Assembly: GCF_008000775.2 (NCBI RefSeq)
Contig: NZ_CP042905.2
Coordinates: 1,980,001-2,012,000, forward strand
DNA: 32,000 nucleotides
Direction: 5' to 3'
Origin: Promethearchaeum syntrophicum
Lineage (GTDB): Archaea > Asgardarchaeota > Lokiarchaeia > Sigyniarchaeales > Promethearchaeaceae
In this document: piece after piece, positions 19,917 through 28,578 of the stretch
Numbering within the stretch: position 1 is the stretch's first letter
How the letters are laid out: every line of letters begins with the position of its first letter
Program-made: the position numbers and the translations under genes
The notes under the pieces: generated by a model
What the model was told of the DNA's origin: nothing
Databases searched by the model: none
What the model saw: only the letters and a program-made list of their open reading frames with translations

Positions 19917-22009
19917 TCGTTCTGGTCCTCCCTTTTCTTTTTAACTATCGCTTTTACGGGGCAAATTTCTATGCAACTTAAACAATGTTCACCTATACAA
20001 CGTGAACTATCAATTTGGTAAATATCTTCATATTCTTGAATAGCAGTACAACCCAATCTCTCAAAACATTCATTACATTTGGTACACGTATCTTCAATTT
20101 GCACTACAAATTGAGAAAATTGTTTTTCTTCTGATTTCTTACTTCTTTTTAGTCGTCTACTTTTATTTAAAGCACATTCTGCATTAACTAAAGCAAATTT
20201 TAAACCTGATTTAGTGAATAAGTCCTGAAATTGTGAATTCATTTGACTGATTGAATAACCATCCATGATTTCGATTGGAAAATCGCCCATAGTTTGTAAA
20301 ATTTCAAAGATCGAAAAGTTTCGGTAATTTCTACTCTGTTTATTTCCTAATTGGAGTAATTCTGATGGAGTAGATGGTGATATTTGATGCCCCGTCATTG
20401 AACAAAAATAATTATCTAAAATTAAAACCAAAACATCTGAATTATCTTTGGCAAGGTTGTATATTGGTTGAATTCCAGTGTGAAAAAAGGTACTGTCACC
20501 AATCATTGCGATTAAATGTTGTTTTTCTGAATTAATTACTCTTGCTACACCATTTGCGATACCTACCCCAGCACCCATGCAAATTAACCAATCCATAGTG
20601 CTATATGGTTTGGACATACTTAGAGTATAGCAACCAATATCTCCACCAAAGATTGGTTCACGCCCAGATTCTTTTTGGTATTTATCTACTGCTTTTCTTA
20701 AAGCATAAAAGACATTACGATGAGAACAACCTGGGCAAAAGGTAGGTTCTCTTACAGGAAGATTTTGCTGTAATTTAACAATATCTTCCTGGATTTTGTT
20801 TAAGAATTGCTTAAATTCCTTGAAATGAAATGATTCGTTATTTATTTTAATCATACTGCCTAAAGCTTGTATAATAATATCTAGGGATAATGCACCATCT
20901 TCGGGAAATATCTGTTTTCCCAAGATTGGAATAAGAATCCCATTATCAAAAAGAATGTTTTTAATCTGCAGTTCCAAAAATGATTCTTGCTCTTCAACAA
21001 TTATTAGAAATTCTAAATGGAATTCTTCAATAAAATCTAAAATTTGTGTAGTTTTTACAGGATATGATAATTTTATTCTTAATCGGGGTATATCTACCTT
21101 CAAATCGGAACAAAATTCTTCGACATATGCCCAAGATATGCCACTAGTTATTATTCCAACATTGACGGATGTATTTTTTGTTTGTTTTTTATCTGAACTA
21201 TTTAAAACCTGATTTTGTTTATGCAATTTGTTTTTTTTATTACCTTTTATCGAAAAATAATCTTTTAAATTCTGATCAGAAAGTCCTTCTTCTTGAATTA
21301 GCTTAATCTTCGAGTTTAATGCTTTTTGGTGTATTCCTGCCCAATGAATTGCATTTAGATATTTATCAAAATCTTTCTGGAAAAACCGCTTAGATTTAGG
21401 TTTTAACTCTTGATCTGGATTTTGAAAATTCACTAATCCCGAAGCATGATTTAGCCTACTCGGGGAATAAATAAGAACTGGAAGATCCCAAGTTTCTGAT
21501 AATTTAAAGGCTAATTTAACAAAATCCTTACATTCCTGAATTGATGATGGCTCCAAAATCGGAAGTTTCGAGTGAAATGAAAATAATCTTATGTCTTCAG
21601 CATTAGTAGAAGAAGAAATTTCGGGATCTCCACCACAAATTATTACTAATCCTGCTTTTCTTTTTCCATCTATTCCTGAATACATAACGGAATGAAGCGC
21701 GTCAGCGATTAAATTCATTCCAAGATGTTTAAACGAAACTGCTGCCCTTACTCCACTCCAACTTGCTCCTACAGCAGCTTCAAAGGCAACAGTTTCATTC
21801 AAAGATAGATCGAAATTAATTAACTTATTTGTACGCGCATATTTTTCCCATATATCTCCTATTTCTGAAGTCGGAGTTCCTGGATATGTTGCTAAGAATT
21901 GAGCTCCCGCTTCATATAGACCTCGCGCATAAGCTTCATTTCCCGTCAAAATTAAAGATTTTTGGGAGTTTTCAGTAAAAAGATCTTGGAATGATTTTGG
22001 ATGAAACAT
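19913..22009 (-). CDS. iorA: Indolepyruvate ferredoxin oxidoreductase, alpha subunit
   Basis: ALYPGTP-like FLATYPGTPTSEIGDIWE; TPP domain FCPGCSHRNVFYAL and GDIGCYTLSM, IGDSTFFHTGI; C-terminal ferredoxin motifs CTKCNECFERLGC and CIGEHCLSCIEICP. Confidence 0.93.
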   Translation of the reverse strand: MFHPKSFQDLFTENSQKSLILTGNEAYARGLYEAGAQFLATYPGTPTSEIGDIWEKYARTNKLINFDLSLNETVAFEAAVGASWSGVRAAVSFKHLGMNLIADALHSVMYSGIDGKRKAGLVIICGGDPEISSSTNAEDIRLFSFHSKLPILEPSSIQECKDFVKLAFKLSETWDLPVLIYSPSRLNHASGLVNFQNPDQELKPKSKRFFQKDFDKYLNAIHWAGIHQKALNSKIKLIQEEGLSDQNLKDYFSIKGNKKNKLHKQNQVLNSSDKKQTKNTSVNVGIITSGISWAYVEEFCSDLKVDIPRLRIKLSYPVKTTQILDFIEEFHLEFLIIVEEQESFLELQIKNILFDNGILIPILGKQIFPEDGALSLDIIIQALGSMIKINNESFHFKEFKQFLNKIQEDIVKLQQNLPVREPTFCPGCSHRNVFYALRKAVDKYQKESGREPIFGGDIGCYTLSMSKPYSTMDWLICMGAGVGIANGVARVINSEKQHLIAMIGDSTFFHTGIQPIYNLAKDNSDVLVLILDNYFCSMTGHQISPSTPSELLQLGNKQSRNYRNFSIFEILQTMGDFPIEIMDGYSISQMNSQFQDLFTKSGLKFALVNAECALNKSRRLKRSKKSEEKQFSQFVVQIEDTCTKCNECFERLGCTAIQEYEDIYQIDSSRCIGEHCLSCIEICPVKAIVKKKREDQNE

Positions 22010-22124
22010 GTAAAATACAATTCTTATTTATTTACATTGGTTTTTTAATAAATTGATTAATTTTTCATGGAAAAAATTAGAAACAATATTAAACATATTT
22101 AATTGAATATGGAAGTGAATACCA

Positions 22125-22520
22125 ATGACTGAAAAAAAAGATGAATCCATGATGTTGTCCAGAATGCGGACACTGCTTGCTTTAGAAAGGAATTTCCTTG
22201 CTGAAGAGCGAACTGCCTTAGCAGAATTCAGAACTGGATTAGCTTTAATTTTAATTGGCCCCCCAACGAGTATAATATATATTTCATCTTCATTACAAAC
22301 TTCAACTGCTTTATGGATGAACATTATTCTATATATTTTCATCGGTTTAATCGTGATTTGGGGCATTTACATGGCTGTTCGGGCATATAACAAAGCAAAA
22401 ATGTTACGCTATGAACGAAAGAAAATAAAAAATAGAGAAAAACAAATATTTGATTCTTCTCCTGAAGCTCAAGATTTACTAAGGGATTGTTTATTTGAAG
22501 AAGATTTTTGTAAAGATTAA
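22125..22520 (+). CDS. DUF202-like small membrane protein
   Basis: LALERNFLAEERTALAEFRTGLALILIG (LAxERTxLAxxRTxLA-type motif) followed by a second TM. Confidence 0.72.
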   Translation: MTEKKDESMMLSRMRTLLALERNFLAEERTALAEFRTGLALILIGPPTSIIYISSSLQTSTALWMNIILYIFIGLIVIWGIYMAVRAYNKAKMLRYERKKIKNREKQIFDSSPEAQDLLRDCLFEEDFCKD

Positions 22521-23434
22521 ACTGTAAAGTTGAATTTTGGAGAAGATATTTTTGTTATTTTTCTATTTGAATTAAAAATGTAAACAAAATCAATAATCGG
22601 ATTATTCTCTAAGGGCCATGTATATAGTTTGAGATAAGTTTCAAAAAAGAGGATGAATTTTTTTACCTCATGTGGATTCATACCAAAATTATTTCCCTTT
22701 TCTTTTCTGAGTTCTTTTTCTTGTTGTTGACGAAACTGAATAACATTTTCTACCGATTCTGCCAACAAAACAATTTTTAAATCCATGAAATTATATGAAT
22801 CACTTAAATCATTCACTTGGGAGTTAAGATATTGATCAATTTTAGATAAATTCTCTGCGGAAATTGGTTGCGCAAATGTGAAAACTCCCTCAATTATAAC
22901 AAAATCAGGTTTTTTCTTAACAATCTGCCATTTATTTTCGGGAAATCTGTCATCTATGCTTTTATCAAATTTTGGAATTGAGATTGAATTCTCCCAGTGA
23001 TTTAAAGATTCAAAAATCCTTTTCACTAGCGGATTATCATACATTAAGCGCGATTCTAAAGATGGATCAATATCCTTTGCGAGTTCTAACCTCTCTTCTT
23101 TGGTTGGATATAAGTCATCCATAGAAAAATTAATTGTATAATACCCTTGATTTTGGAGAAGTAAAGATAAAAATCTAGCTAATGTTGTTTTTCCTGAACC
23201 GTTGACCCCCGCAATCCCTAAAACTACTGTATCTTTCTTTTCCTTCAAGATTTCTAACATTTGCAAATAAATCGGAACAAATTGAAATTTTAATAATTCA
23301 ATTAAGTCTTCTATTTCCAATATTAAATTTAATTTTTCCAAACAATTCTGAAAGAGAATAATCTTATTTTCATTTATAAAATTTTCAGATTTAAGAATTA
23401 ACTCAGAAAAATCTTTATGGTTCATAAAACTCAC
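22517..23434 (-). CDS. P-loop kinase, D-glycerate 3-kinase / TDA10-like
   Basis: Walker A GIAGVNGSGKTTLARFLS, SMDDLYPTKEERLELAKDIDPSLESR, PDFVIIEGVF, RQQQEKELR. Confidence 0.7.
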   Translation of the reverse strand: MSFMNHKDFSELILKSENFINENKIILFQNCLEKLNLILEIEDLIELLKFQFVPIYLQMLEILKEKKDTVVLGIAGVNGSGKTTLARFLSLLLQNQGYYTINFSMDDLYPTKEERLELAKDIDPSLESRLMYDNPLVKRIFESLNHWENSISIPKFDKSIDDRFPENKWQIVKKKPDFVIIEGVFTFAQPISAENLSKIDQYLNSQVNDLSDSYNFMDLKIVLLAESVENVIQFRQQQEKELRKEKGNNFGMNPHEVKKFILFFETYLKLYTWPLENNPIIDFVYIFNSNRKITKISSPKFNFTV

Positions 23435-23459
23435 AAATTTCGCTAAAACGGTTATTTAG

Positions 23460-24401
23460 CTATTTAGAATTATTCTTATTATTATTCCCATTATTACTCT
23501 TATTGGGAATTTCTTCTGATTTCTCAAAATTAAATAGATCTTCCAAGATTTTTTGATTTAACCCTAAGAGATTAGAAATTTCATCGCGAAATTCAGTAAG
23601 ATTGTCTACGTCTGTTTGAATTGATTTATATTTTTTATTCATTTCCTCAATATTTTTCTTTTTTTTCTCATATTCGCTATTTAAATTGTCGATGAAACCA
23701 CTAAATTTATCTAAAACCTGTTCATTGTATTTCATTATATTGTTTTTTAACAAAAACTGACTGCTGAAATTATCAAAGGTTCCTAATAATTCTTTAATTA
23801 ATGAGCCCATCGAAATGATAGTATCTTGTTTTTTATTGATTTCCCGCTTAAATAATTTGAATTTAACTTCCAAATCTTCATATTCGTTTTCCAATGAACT
23901 CTTTTTTTGCTCTAAATCTTCAATCTCTTCGCTTAGATTCGAGATATTTGTCCTTTGTATCTGTAGTTGTTCGTTTAAAACAGTAATCTCATTTTCTTTT
24001 TTTTCTAGAAGATTGTTTGCATGAGATACTTCAGATTTTTTTATTTCTATGCTATTTTTTACTGCTTTTCGCTCAGCTTGTAAGCTTTCCAGTTTTTTAC
24101 TTGTAGTTTTTTCTTCTTCCTTATTTTTTTTGATTGATGCATTCAATTGTTTGACTGTTTTTTTTAATTTTTGTTTTTCTGTTCTTAGTTCCTCTATATC
24201 ATTTGATTTTTCTTTTACCAGCTCATTTAGAACAATTAAATCGGTTTCTCGTTTTGAGTATTCTTTTTTTGATGAAGCTATTTTTTCTTCAAATTCTTTC
24301 TCTCTTATTTGAAGGGCATTAATTGTGAATTTTTTATCTCTAATTTCTTGAATATCGGAAGAATCGCCTTCAGTATCATCAATAGTAGTCTTTTCACTCA
24401 T
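23460..24401 (-). CDS. Coiled-coil protein, function unknown
   Basis: 313 aa, most of it charged heptad-like sequence; Asn-rich tail NKSNNGNNNKNNSK; 25 nt upstream of the P-loop kinase on the same strand. Confidence 0.75.
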   Translation of the reverse strand: MSEKTTIDDTEGDSSDIQEIRDKKFTINALQIREKEFEEKIASSKKEYSKRETDLIVLNELVKEKSNDIEELRTEKQKLKKTVKQLNASIKKNKEEEKTTSKKLESLQAERKAVKNSIEIKKSEVSHANNLLEKKENEITVLNEQLQIQRTNISNLSEEIEDLEQKKSSLENEYEDLEVKFKLFKREINKKQDTIISMGSLIKELLGTFDNFSSQFLLKNNIMKYNEQVLDKFSGFIDNLNSEYEKKKKNIEEMNKKYKSIQTDVDNLTEFRDEISNLLGLNQKILEDLFNFEKSEEIPNKSNNGNNNKNNSK

Positions 24402-24552
24402 GTTTCTATTTCCTTGATATATCTATAGGACATTTATTTCATCATAAAAATAAACTTTATTATCTTAACTATTTTTTACAAAGTATTAATTTTTATCATC
24501 CTTTTAAAAATCTAAATTTAGATTTTAAATTTAATCAAATACAGGGATTATT

Positions 24553-24987
24553 ATGAATTGGAAAACAACTTTAATCAAAAGTTTAGTCTATCGAGTAATC
24601 ACAATTACTTTAGGTTTATTAACTGCATTTATCATAACCGGAGATTTTGAGACAGCCTTAGGTTTATCTTTAATAACAGAATCCATTCAATCGCTTAATT
24701 ATTTTGGTTTTGAATCACTATGGGGCTATTTTTATGAAAAACGTATTAGAGAAGATATTAAAAAGGAGTTTAGAAAAAGAGAAATTGATTTGAAAGTATC
24801 AATCGAAATGATAATAGATATTACAAAAGGATTCTCAGAAGTGGATACCTTTAATCCAAAAATTTACAATTCCTTAATCAATTTTTTTGATAGCTCCATA
24901 ACTAATCGAAATTTAAAGGATTTTAATTCAGAATTAATAGAAGCAAAAAAAAATTTCGTTGCTTTAAATCAAGGAAGAGATTTTTAA
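24553..24987 (+). CDS. DUF2061-like membrane protein
   Basis: KSLVYRVITITLGLLTAFIITGDFETALGLSLITESIQSLNYFGFESLWGYF matches the DUF2061 pattern; charged C-terminal extension. Confidence 0.75.
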   Translation: MNWKTTLIKSLVYRVITITLGLLTAFIITGDFETALGLSLITESIQSLNYFGFESLWGYFYEKRIREDIKKEFRKREIDLKVSIEMIIDITKGFSEVDTFNPKIYNSLINFFDSSITNRNLKDFNSELIEAKKNFVALNQGRDF

Positions 24988-25021
24988 GAAGTGCATCAAT
25001 CATGCTTATACATTGAAGATA

Positions 25022-25246
25022 TTAATCGGAGGCAGTTATTACTAATAGAATAATCCCAAAAATTATTCCCCCTCCCCCTATCCAAAAACAAACGGTAGTA
25101 AATGTCTGAATTGCGGCGGGAAGTGGATCATAAATCATATGTAGCGAAGAATTGCTCCAAAATGATAAAAGTAGCCATGTCAAAGATCCAACAAACAAAT
25201 ATATTACATGTTCTAATTCTAGCTCCCAATCCCAGATGTTGGTCAT
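25022..25246 (-). CDS. Small two-TM membrane protein, function unknown
   Basis: 74-aa ORF with two hydrophobic helices, 65 nt downstream of the dolichol-kinase-like gene on the same strand. Confidence 0.55.
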   Translation of the reverse strand: MTNIWDWELELEHVIYLFVGSLTWLLLSFWSNSSLHMIYDPLPAAIQTFTTVCFWIGGGGIIFGIILLVITASD

Positions 25247-25311
25247 GAAATAAACCTCTAAATTTCTATTGTTTTTAGTATAAAAAAGATTTTGTAATAT
25301 TCTTATATATT

Positions 25312-26520
25312 TTAAATATGGATTAATGGACTATAAGGAATTCCCAAAGCGGTTAAAAGAACGAAAACTAAGGAAATCATTATCGGCATTAAAATATTAT
25401 CTGAAATCTCTAAGGGTTTTGGCGTAATTAAATCAGAAAGGACAAAAACAACTATACTGCCAACTAACGCATATATCCACCCTACAAAAATAATCATTGT
25501 TCCGAAGGCAATTATCATTCCTGCAATAGTGCCTTCAATCGATTTCCCATTCCAAAAATATCTCCTATGTCCAAATTTCATCCCAATTATACTTGCTATC
25601 GGGTCTGCGAAGGATCCTAAGCACATTGCAGCTAAAAACGGAAATGGAGGTAAAATCCATGCGGCTATAAAGTAGCCCGTTGCAAAATGTGTGTAGGATC
25701 CAAACGTATTCTTTTCCTTTTCGCGCATGATTGACTGTACTTTTTTTTGAAATAGAAAAAATATATGACCCGATAATCGGGTAAGCTCGATAGTGAACAT
25801 AAATATAACCATACCATACATAAATATGATTATCGTGCTTTGTCCCATAGGGGGTGTTTTTCTTATAAAAATATTTTCAATGAAGCTGGTTCCATCTGTG
25901 TATTCAAAATAACCCTCTAAAAGTTGTTGATAATGTTCAACCCATAAGTCTCCGTTAACTTGCGTAACTAAATATTGTCTTATTGCAAATAAAATAGAAA
26001 TAACTAAAATAAAAACAAACACATGCCAAAATTTCCGTCTGTAATCGATTTTTTGCTTAATTTCTCCTGAAATTTCAAGCGTATTCACAACAGGCTCTCT
26101 AATAATTTCGACTTTTTTTGCACCCCGAGAGTATTGGATAATATTCACAATAATCCCAATAAGAAGATAGGACACAGGAATTGCAGATAAAATAATAGCC
26201 GGATGATCTTGTTTCCTGAGAGTCCATTGAAATCCAACCCGAATATAAATTAGAAAAATAACAATGATAAGAATAATGGCCATAATTACTAAATTTAAAG
26301 GTTCACCATAAGTAGATTCAAAACCATGATTTGTCTTCGTTTTTTCTCTATTCTTAAAATTAATAATCATAGATTGAATCCCTTTTGTCAATAATGCAAT
26401 AAAAGTTATCAATAATGAACTATAAACAATAATCTGCATAAAAACAACAATTAAGACTGCCATAATTCCACCTATTAAAAAATTGAACAATTTAAATTGA
26501 AAATACTTTTTATAAATCAT
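25312..26520 (-). CDS. Dolichol kinase / phytol kinase-like CTP-dependent polyprenol kinase family, multi-TM
   Basis: YRRKFWHVFVFILV; CLGSFADPIASIIGMKFGHRRYFWNGKSIEGTIAGMIIAF (the DxxA...G...G....KSxEG signature of the SEC59/VTE5/CdsA-like superfamily). Confidence 0.78.
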   Translation of the reverse strand: MIYKKYFQFKLFNFLIGGIMAVLIVVFMQIIVYSSLLITFIALLTKGIQSMIINFKNREKTKTNHGFESTYGEPLNLVIMAIILIIVIFLIYIRVGFQWTLRKQDHPAIILSAIPVSYLLIGIIVNIIQYSRGAKKVEIIREPVVNTLEISGEIKQKIDYRRKFWHVFVFILVISILFAIRQYLVTQVNGDLWVEHYQQLLEGYFEYTDGTSFIENIFIRKTPPMGQSTIIIFMYGMVIFMFTIELTRLSGHIFFLFQKKVQSIMREKEKNTFGSYTHFATGYFIAAWILPPFPFLAAMCLGSFADPIASIIGMKFGHRRYFWNGKSIEGTIAGMIIAFGTMIIFVGWIYALVGSIVVFVLSDLITPKPLEISDNILMPIMISLVFVLLTALGIPYSPLIHI

Positions 26521-26573
26521 AATATTTTTTATAAATCATAAATATTTTCATAAGTATATAGGAGAAAGTAAAG

Positions 26574-26861
26574 ATGACTGAAGAAAATGAGAAAAATTCT
26601 CTGGAAAAATTAAATAAAGCTTTTTTAGATTTTACTGAAAGTGTGTTCGGAGAATCTGGACGTGAATTCATAGAAAAAACCCAAACCCAAGTAAATGAAT
26701 TTAATGTTGCAGCTATTAAGGCTTTTGTTGAATTTGGAGATCAAATTCTTGAAAATACTCAATTAGGTGAAAATGAAATGGTCCAAAAATCGTCTAATAC
26801 CGTTAAAGATCTATTACGACAATATAATCTGTTAGAAGAAGAATCTGAAGAAGATTTTTAA
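26574..26861 (+). CDS. Small acidic helical protein, function unknown
   Basis: 95-aa ORF preceded by a GGAG-like Shine-Dalgarno (TATAGGAGAAAGTAAAGATG). Confidence 0.6.
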   Translation: MTEENEKNSLEKLNKAFLDFTESVFGESGREFIEKTQTQVNEFNVAAIKAFVEFGDQILENTQLGENEMVQKSSNTVKDLLRQYNLLEEESEEDF

Positions 26862-26872
26862 AAAAAAATTAA

Positions 26873-27292
26873 TTACCATCCTTTTAAGTCATTAAATTTA
26901 AGCTCAATGATACGATCTATCATTTTGCCAAGCTGTTGGGTTTCGGGTGCTCGATCTTTAAATGATTGTTTTGCTTCCATGAATATTGTTGTAGCCAGCT
27001 GTCGTAATTGCTTCATTTTCTGTTCTCCATGATAGAAAAACACAAAGAATATCTGTTTTTTTATTGAAAAAAATTCCTTGGATATGACAATAATTTTGCT
27101 TGTATTTTTGGGTTGAACATTTTCTCCAAAAGTAATGGTTGCTATATCCTGTCTGAATAGAGTTTTTCCTATGGTCCCTACCGCGGATAGTAATCCACTT
27201 AATAGAGCTGCATCTATCCCCTCAAAATCGAATTCTCGGGAATAGAAGGGAATCCCCGAATCATCACTTATTAACAAACACTTTAATGGCAT
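26873..27292 (-). CDS. Stand-alone longin/roadblock-like domain protein
   Basis: MPLKCLLISDDSGIPFYSREFDFEGIDAALLSGLLSAVGTIGKTLF... has the beta-beta-helix N-terminus of longin-like proteins and resembles the cytoplasmic region of the 1953-aa protein. Confidence 0.6.
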   Translation of the reverse strand: MPLKCLLISDDSGIPFYSREFDFEGIDAALLSGLLSAVGTIGKTLFRQDIATITFGENVQPKNTSKIIVISKEFFSIKKQIFFVFFYHGEQKMKQLRQLATTIFMEAKQSFKDRAPETQQLGKMIDRIIELKFNDLKGW

Positions 27293-27423
27293 TTTTGTAT
27301 GTCTTCTTTTTATTATGTGTATTAAAATTGGTTTCCTTATTTTTAAATTTATTACTATAGTATAGTGTTTTACTTAATTGCCTAAATATACTCCTATCTT
27401 TTTTGAACTCTCGAATAAGTGTG

Positions 27424-27463
27424 GGTTAACTCGACAAAATTGAACTTCATAATTTAACCCATA
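27424..27463. promoter_or_regulatory. Candidate operator: 8-bp inverted repeat TGGGTTAA / TTAACCCA with 24-nt spacer
   Basis: TGGGTTAA at 27424-27431 and TTAACCCA at 27456-27463, directly upstream of a TATA-like TTTATACA. Confidence 0.35.
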
Positions 27464-27469
27464 ATTATT

Positions 27470-27477
27470 TATACATT
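27470..27477 (+). promoter_or_regulatory. Candidate TATA box, spacing consistent with leaderless transcription of 27498..28526
   Basis: TTTATACA centred about 24 nt upstream of the ATG at 27498. Confidence 0.4.
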
Positions 27478-27497
27478 ATTGTTTATTATTCTCTCTA

Positions 27498-28526
27498 ATG
27501 ACATTTAATTCTAACACCGCTTATCTTCAAAATTGGGAAAACTTCTCTTTACTTGGTAACTTGATGAAAAAATACTCCTTAGCAAGCTTGATTTCAATAG
27601 GAGTATCTATTATCGGTAGTATTATCACTTTCATTGTATTTTTAATACCAATGATTGCAATTGATTACGATTCAGTTGATGCCATCTATGCAGCCACAAT
27701 AGGAATGGGTGGAGTCGCCATATTTTTTACTGCAATTGTTGGTTTAATTTCAATTTATCGGTTTGTAACGCATATCCAATTTCTAATACAATTAAAGAAT
27801 GCAAGTCAATCTACAGGAGATTTAAACCTAAATAAAGTTTATAAAATGGATTTATGGTCAATCATTGCTTCAGGATTGACCCTTCTTATAATGATAATTG
27901 GTGTAATTATCCTTTCTTTTCTAATAACTTCGATAGGTGATATGGACCCTTATTCAGCTATGAGTCTCTACTTTTTATCTCTCTTGGGATTTTTATTTGT
28001 AATATTAATTGCTTTTGCTATAACAATAGTTTTTCAAATCCTATCCGTTGTTGCTTTCGAAAAATGGGGTCAAAATATTAAAGCAACCAACTTTCGGAAC
28101 CGGAATGCAATAAATCTTGTAGACGGAATCAATTTCATGAAATTTGGTAAAATTATCTTAATTGCTGCAGCTCCAATTTCAATTATTTTTTCATATATGG
28201 GCATTATTGCTTTTTTGGGTGGAACGGTTATGTTTCAAATCGGTGTCATGAAAACAGGTAAAAACATTGTTGAGTTTTTTGATGGATACGGAAATTACAT
28301 TTCAACTCAAGGTACTGCGTCTCCACAAATCTCAAATATAAACACTATACAACAACCCATGGAAACGAGACCTAATCCTACCTTAAACCCTAATTCTTTT
28401 GGAAATCCATCATCAGGAAACACAACTATAAAACCACAAGCCCAAGAATTCTGTCCATTTTGCGGTTCAACAGTAGAAGATAGAAATACCATATTCTGTG
28501 CAAACTGCGGGAGGAAATTGGTTTAA
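27498..28526 (+). CDS. Multi-TM membrane protein with C-terminal zinc ribbon (possibly DUF996-related)
   Basis: Several TM helices; Ser/Pro/Asn-rich linker; C-terminal CPFCGSTVEDRNTIFCANCGRKLV. Confidence 0.78.
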   Translation: MTFNSNTAYLQNWENFSLLGNLMKKYSLASLISIGVSIIGSIITFIVFLIPMIAIDYDSVDAIYAATIGMGGVAIFFTAIVGLISIYRFVTHIQFLIQLKNASQSTGDLNLNKVYKMDLWSIIASGLTLLIMIIGVIILSFLITSIGDMDPYSAMSLYFLSLLGFLFVILIAFAITIVFQILSVVAFEKWGQNIKATNFRNRNAINLVDGINFMKFGKIILIAAAPISIIFSYMGIIAFLGGTVMFQIGVMKTGKNIVEFFDGYGNYISTQGTASPQISNINTIQQPMETRPNPTLNPNSFGNPSSGNTTIKPQAQEFCPFCGSTVEDRNTIFCANCGRKLV

Positions 28527-28578
28527 TCTTTTTTTTTTTATATTTTTTATATCGAGAACTTTTTATGGTAGAGTTAAA

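Noticed and set aside
23815-24312. + strand ORFs opposite the coiled-coil gene
   Set aside because: Ser/Phe/Leu-rich frames expected opposite Lys/Glu-rich coiled-coil sequence.
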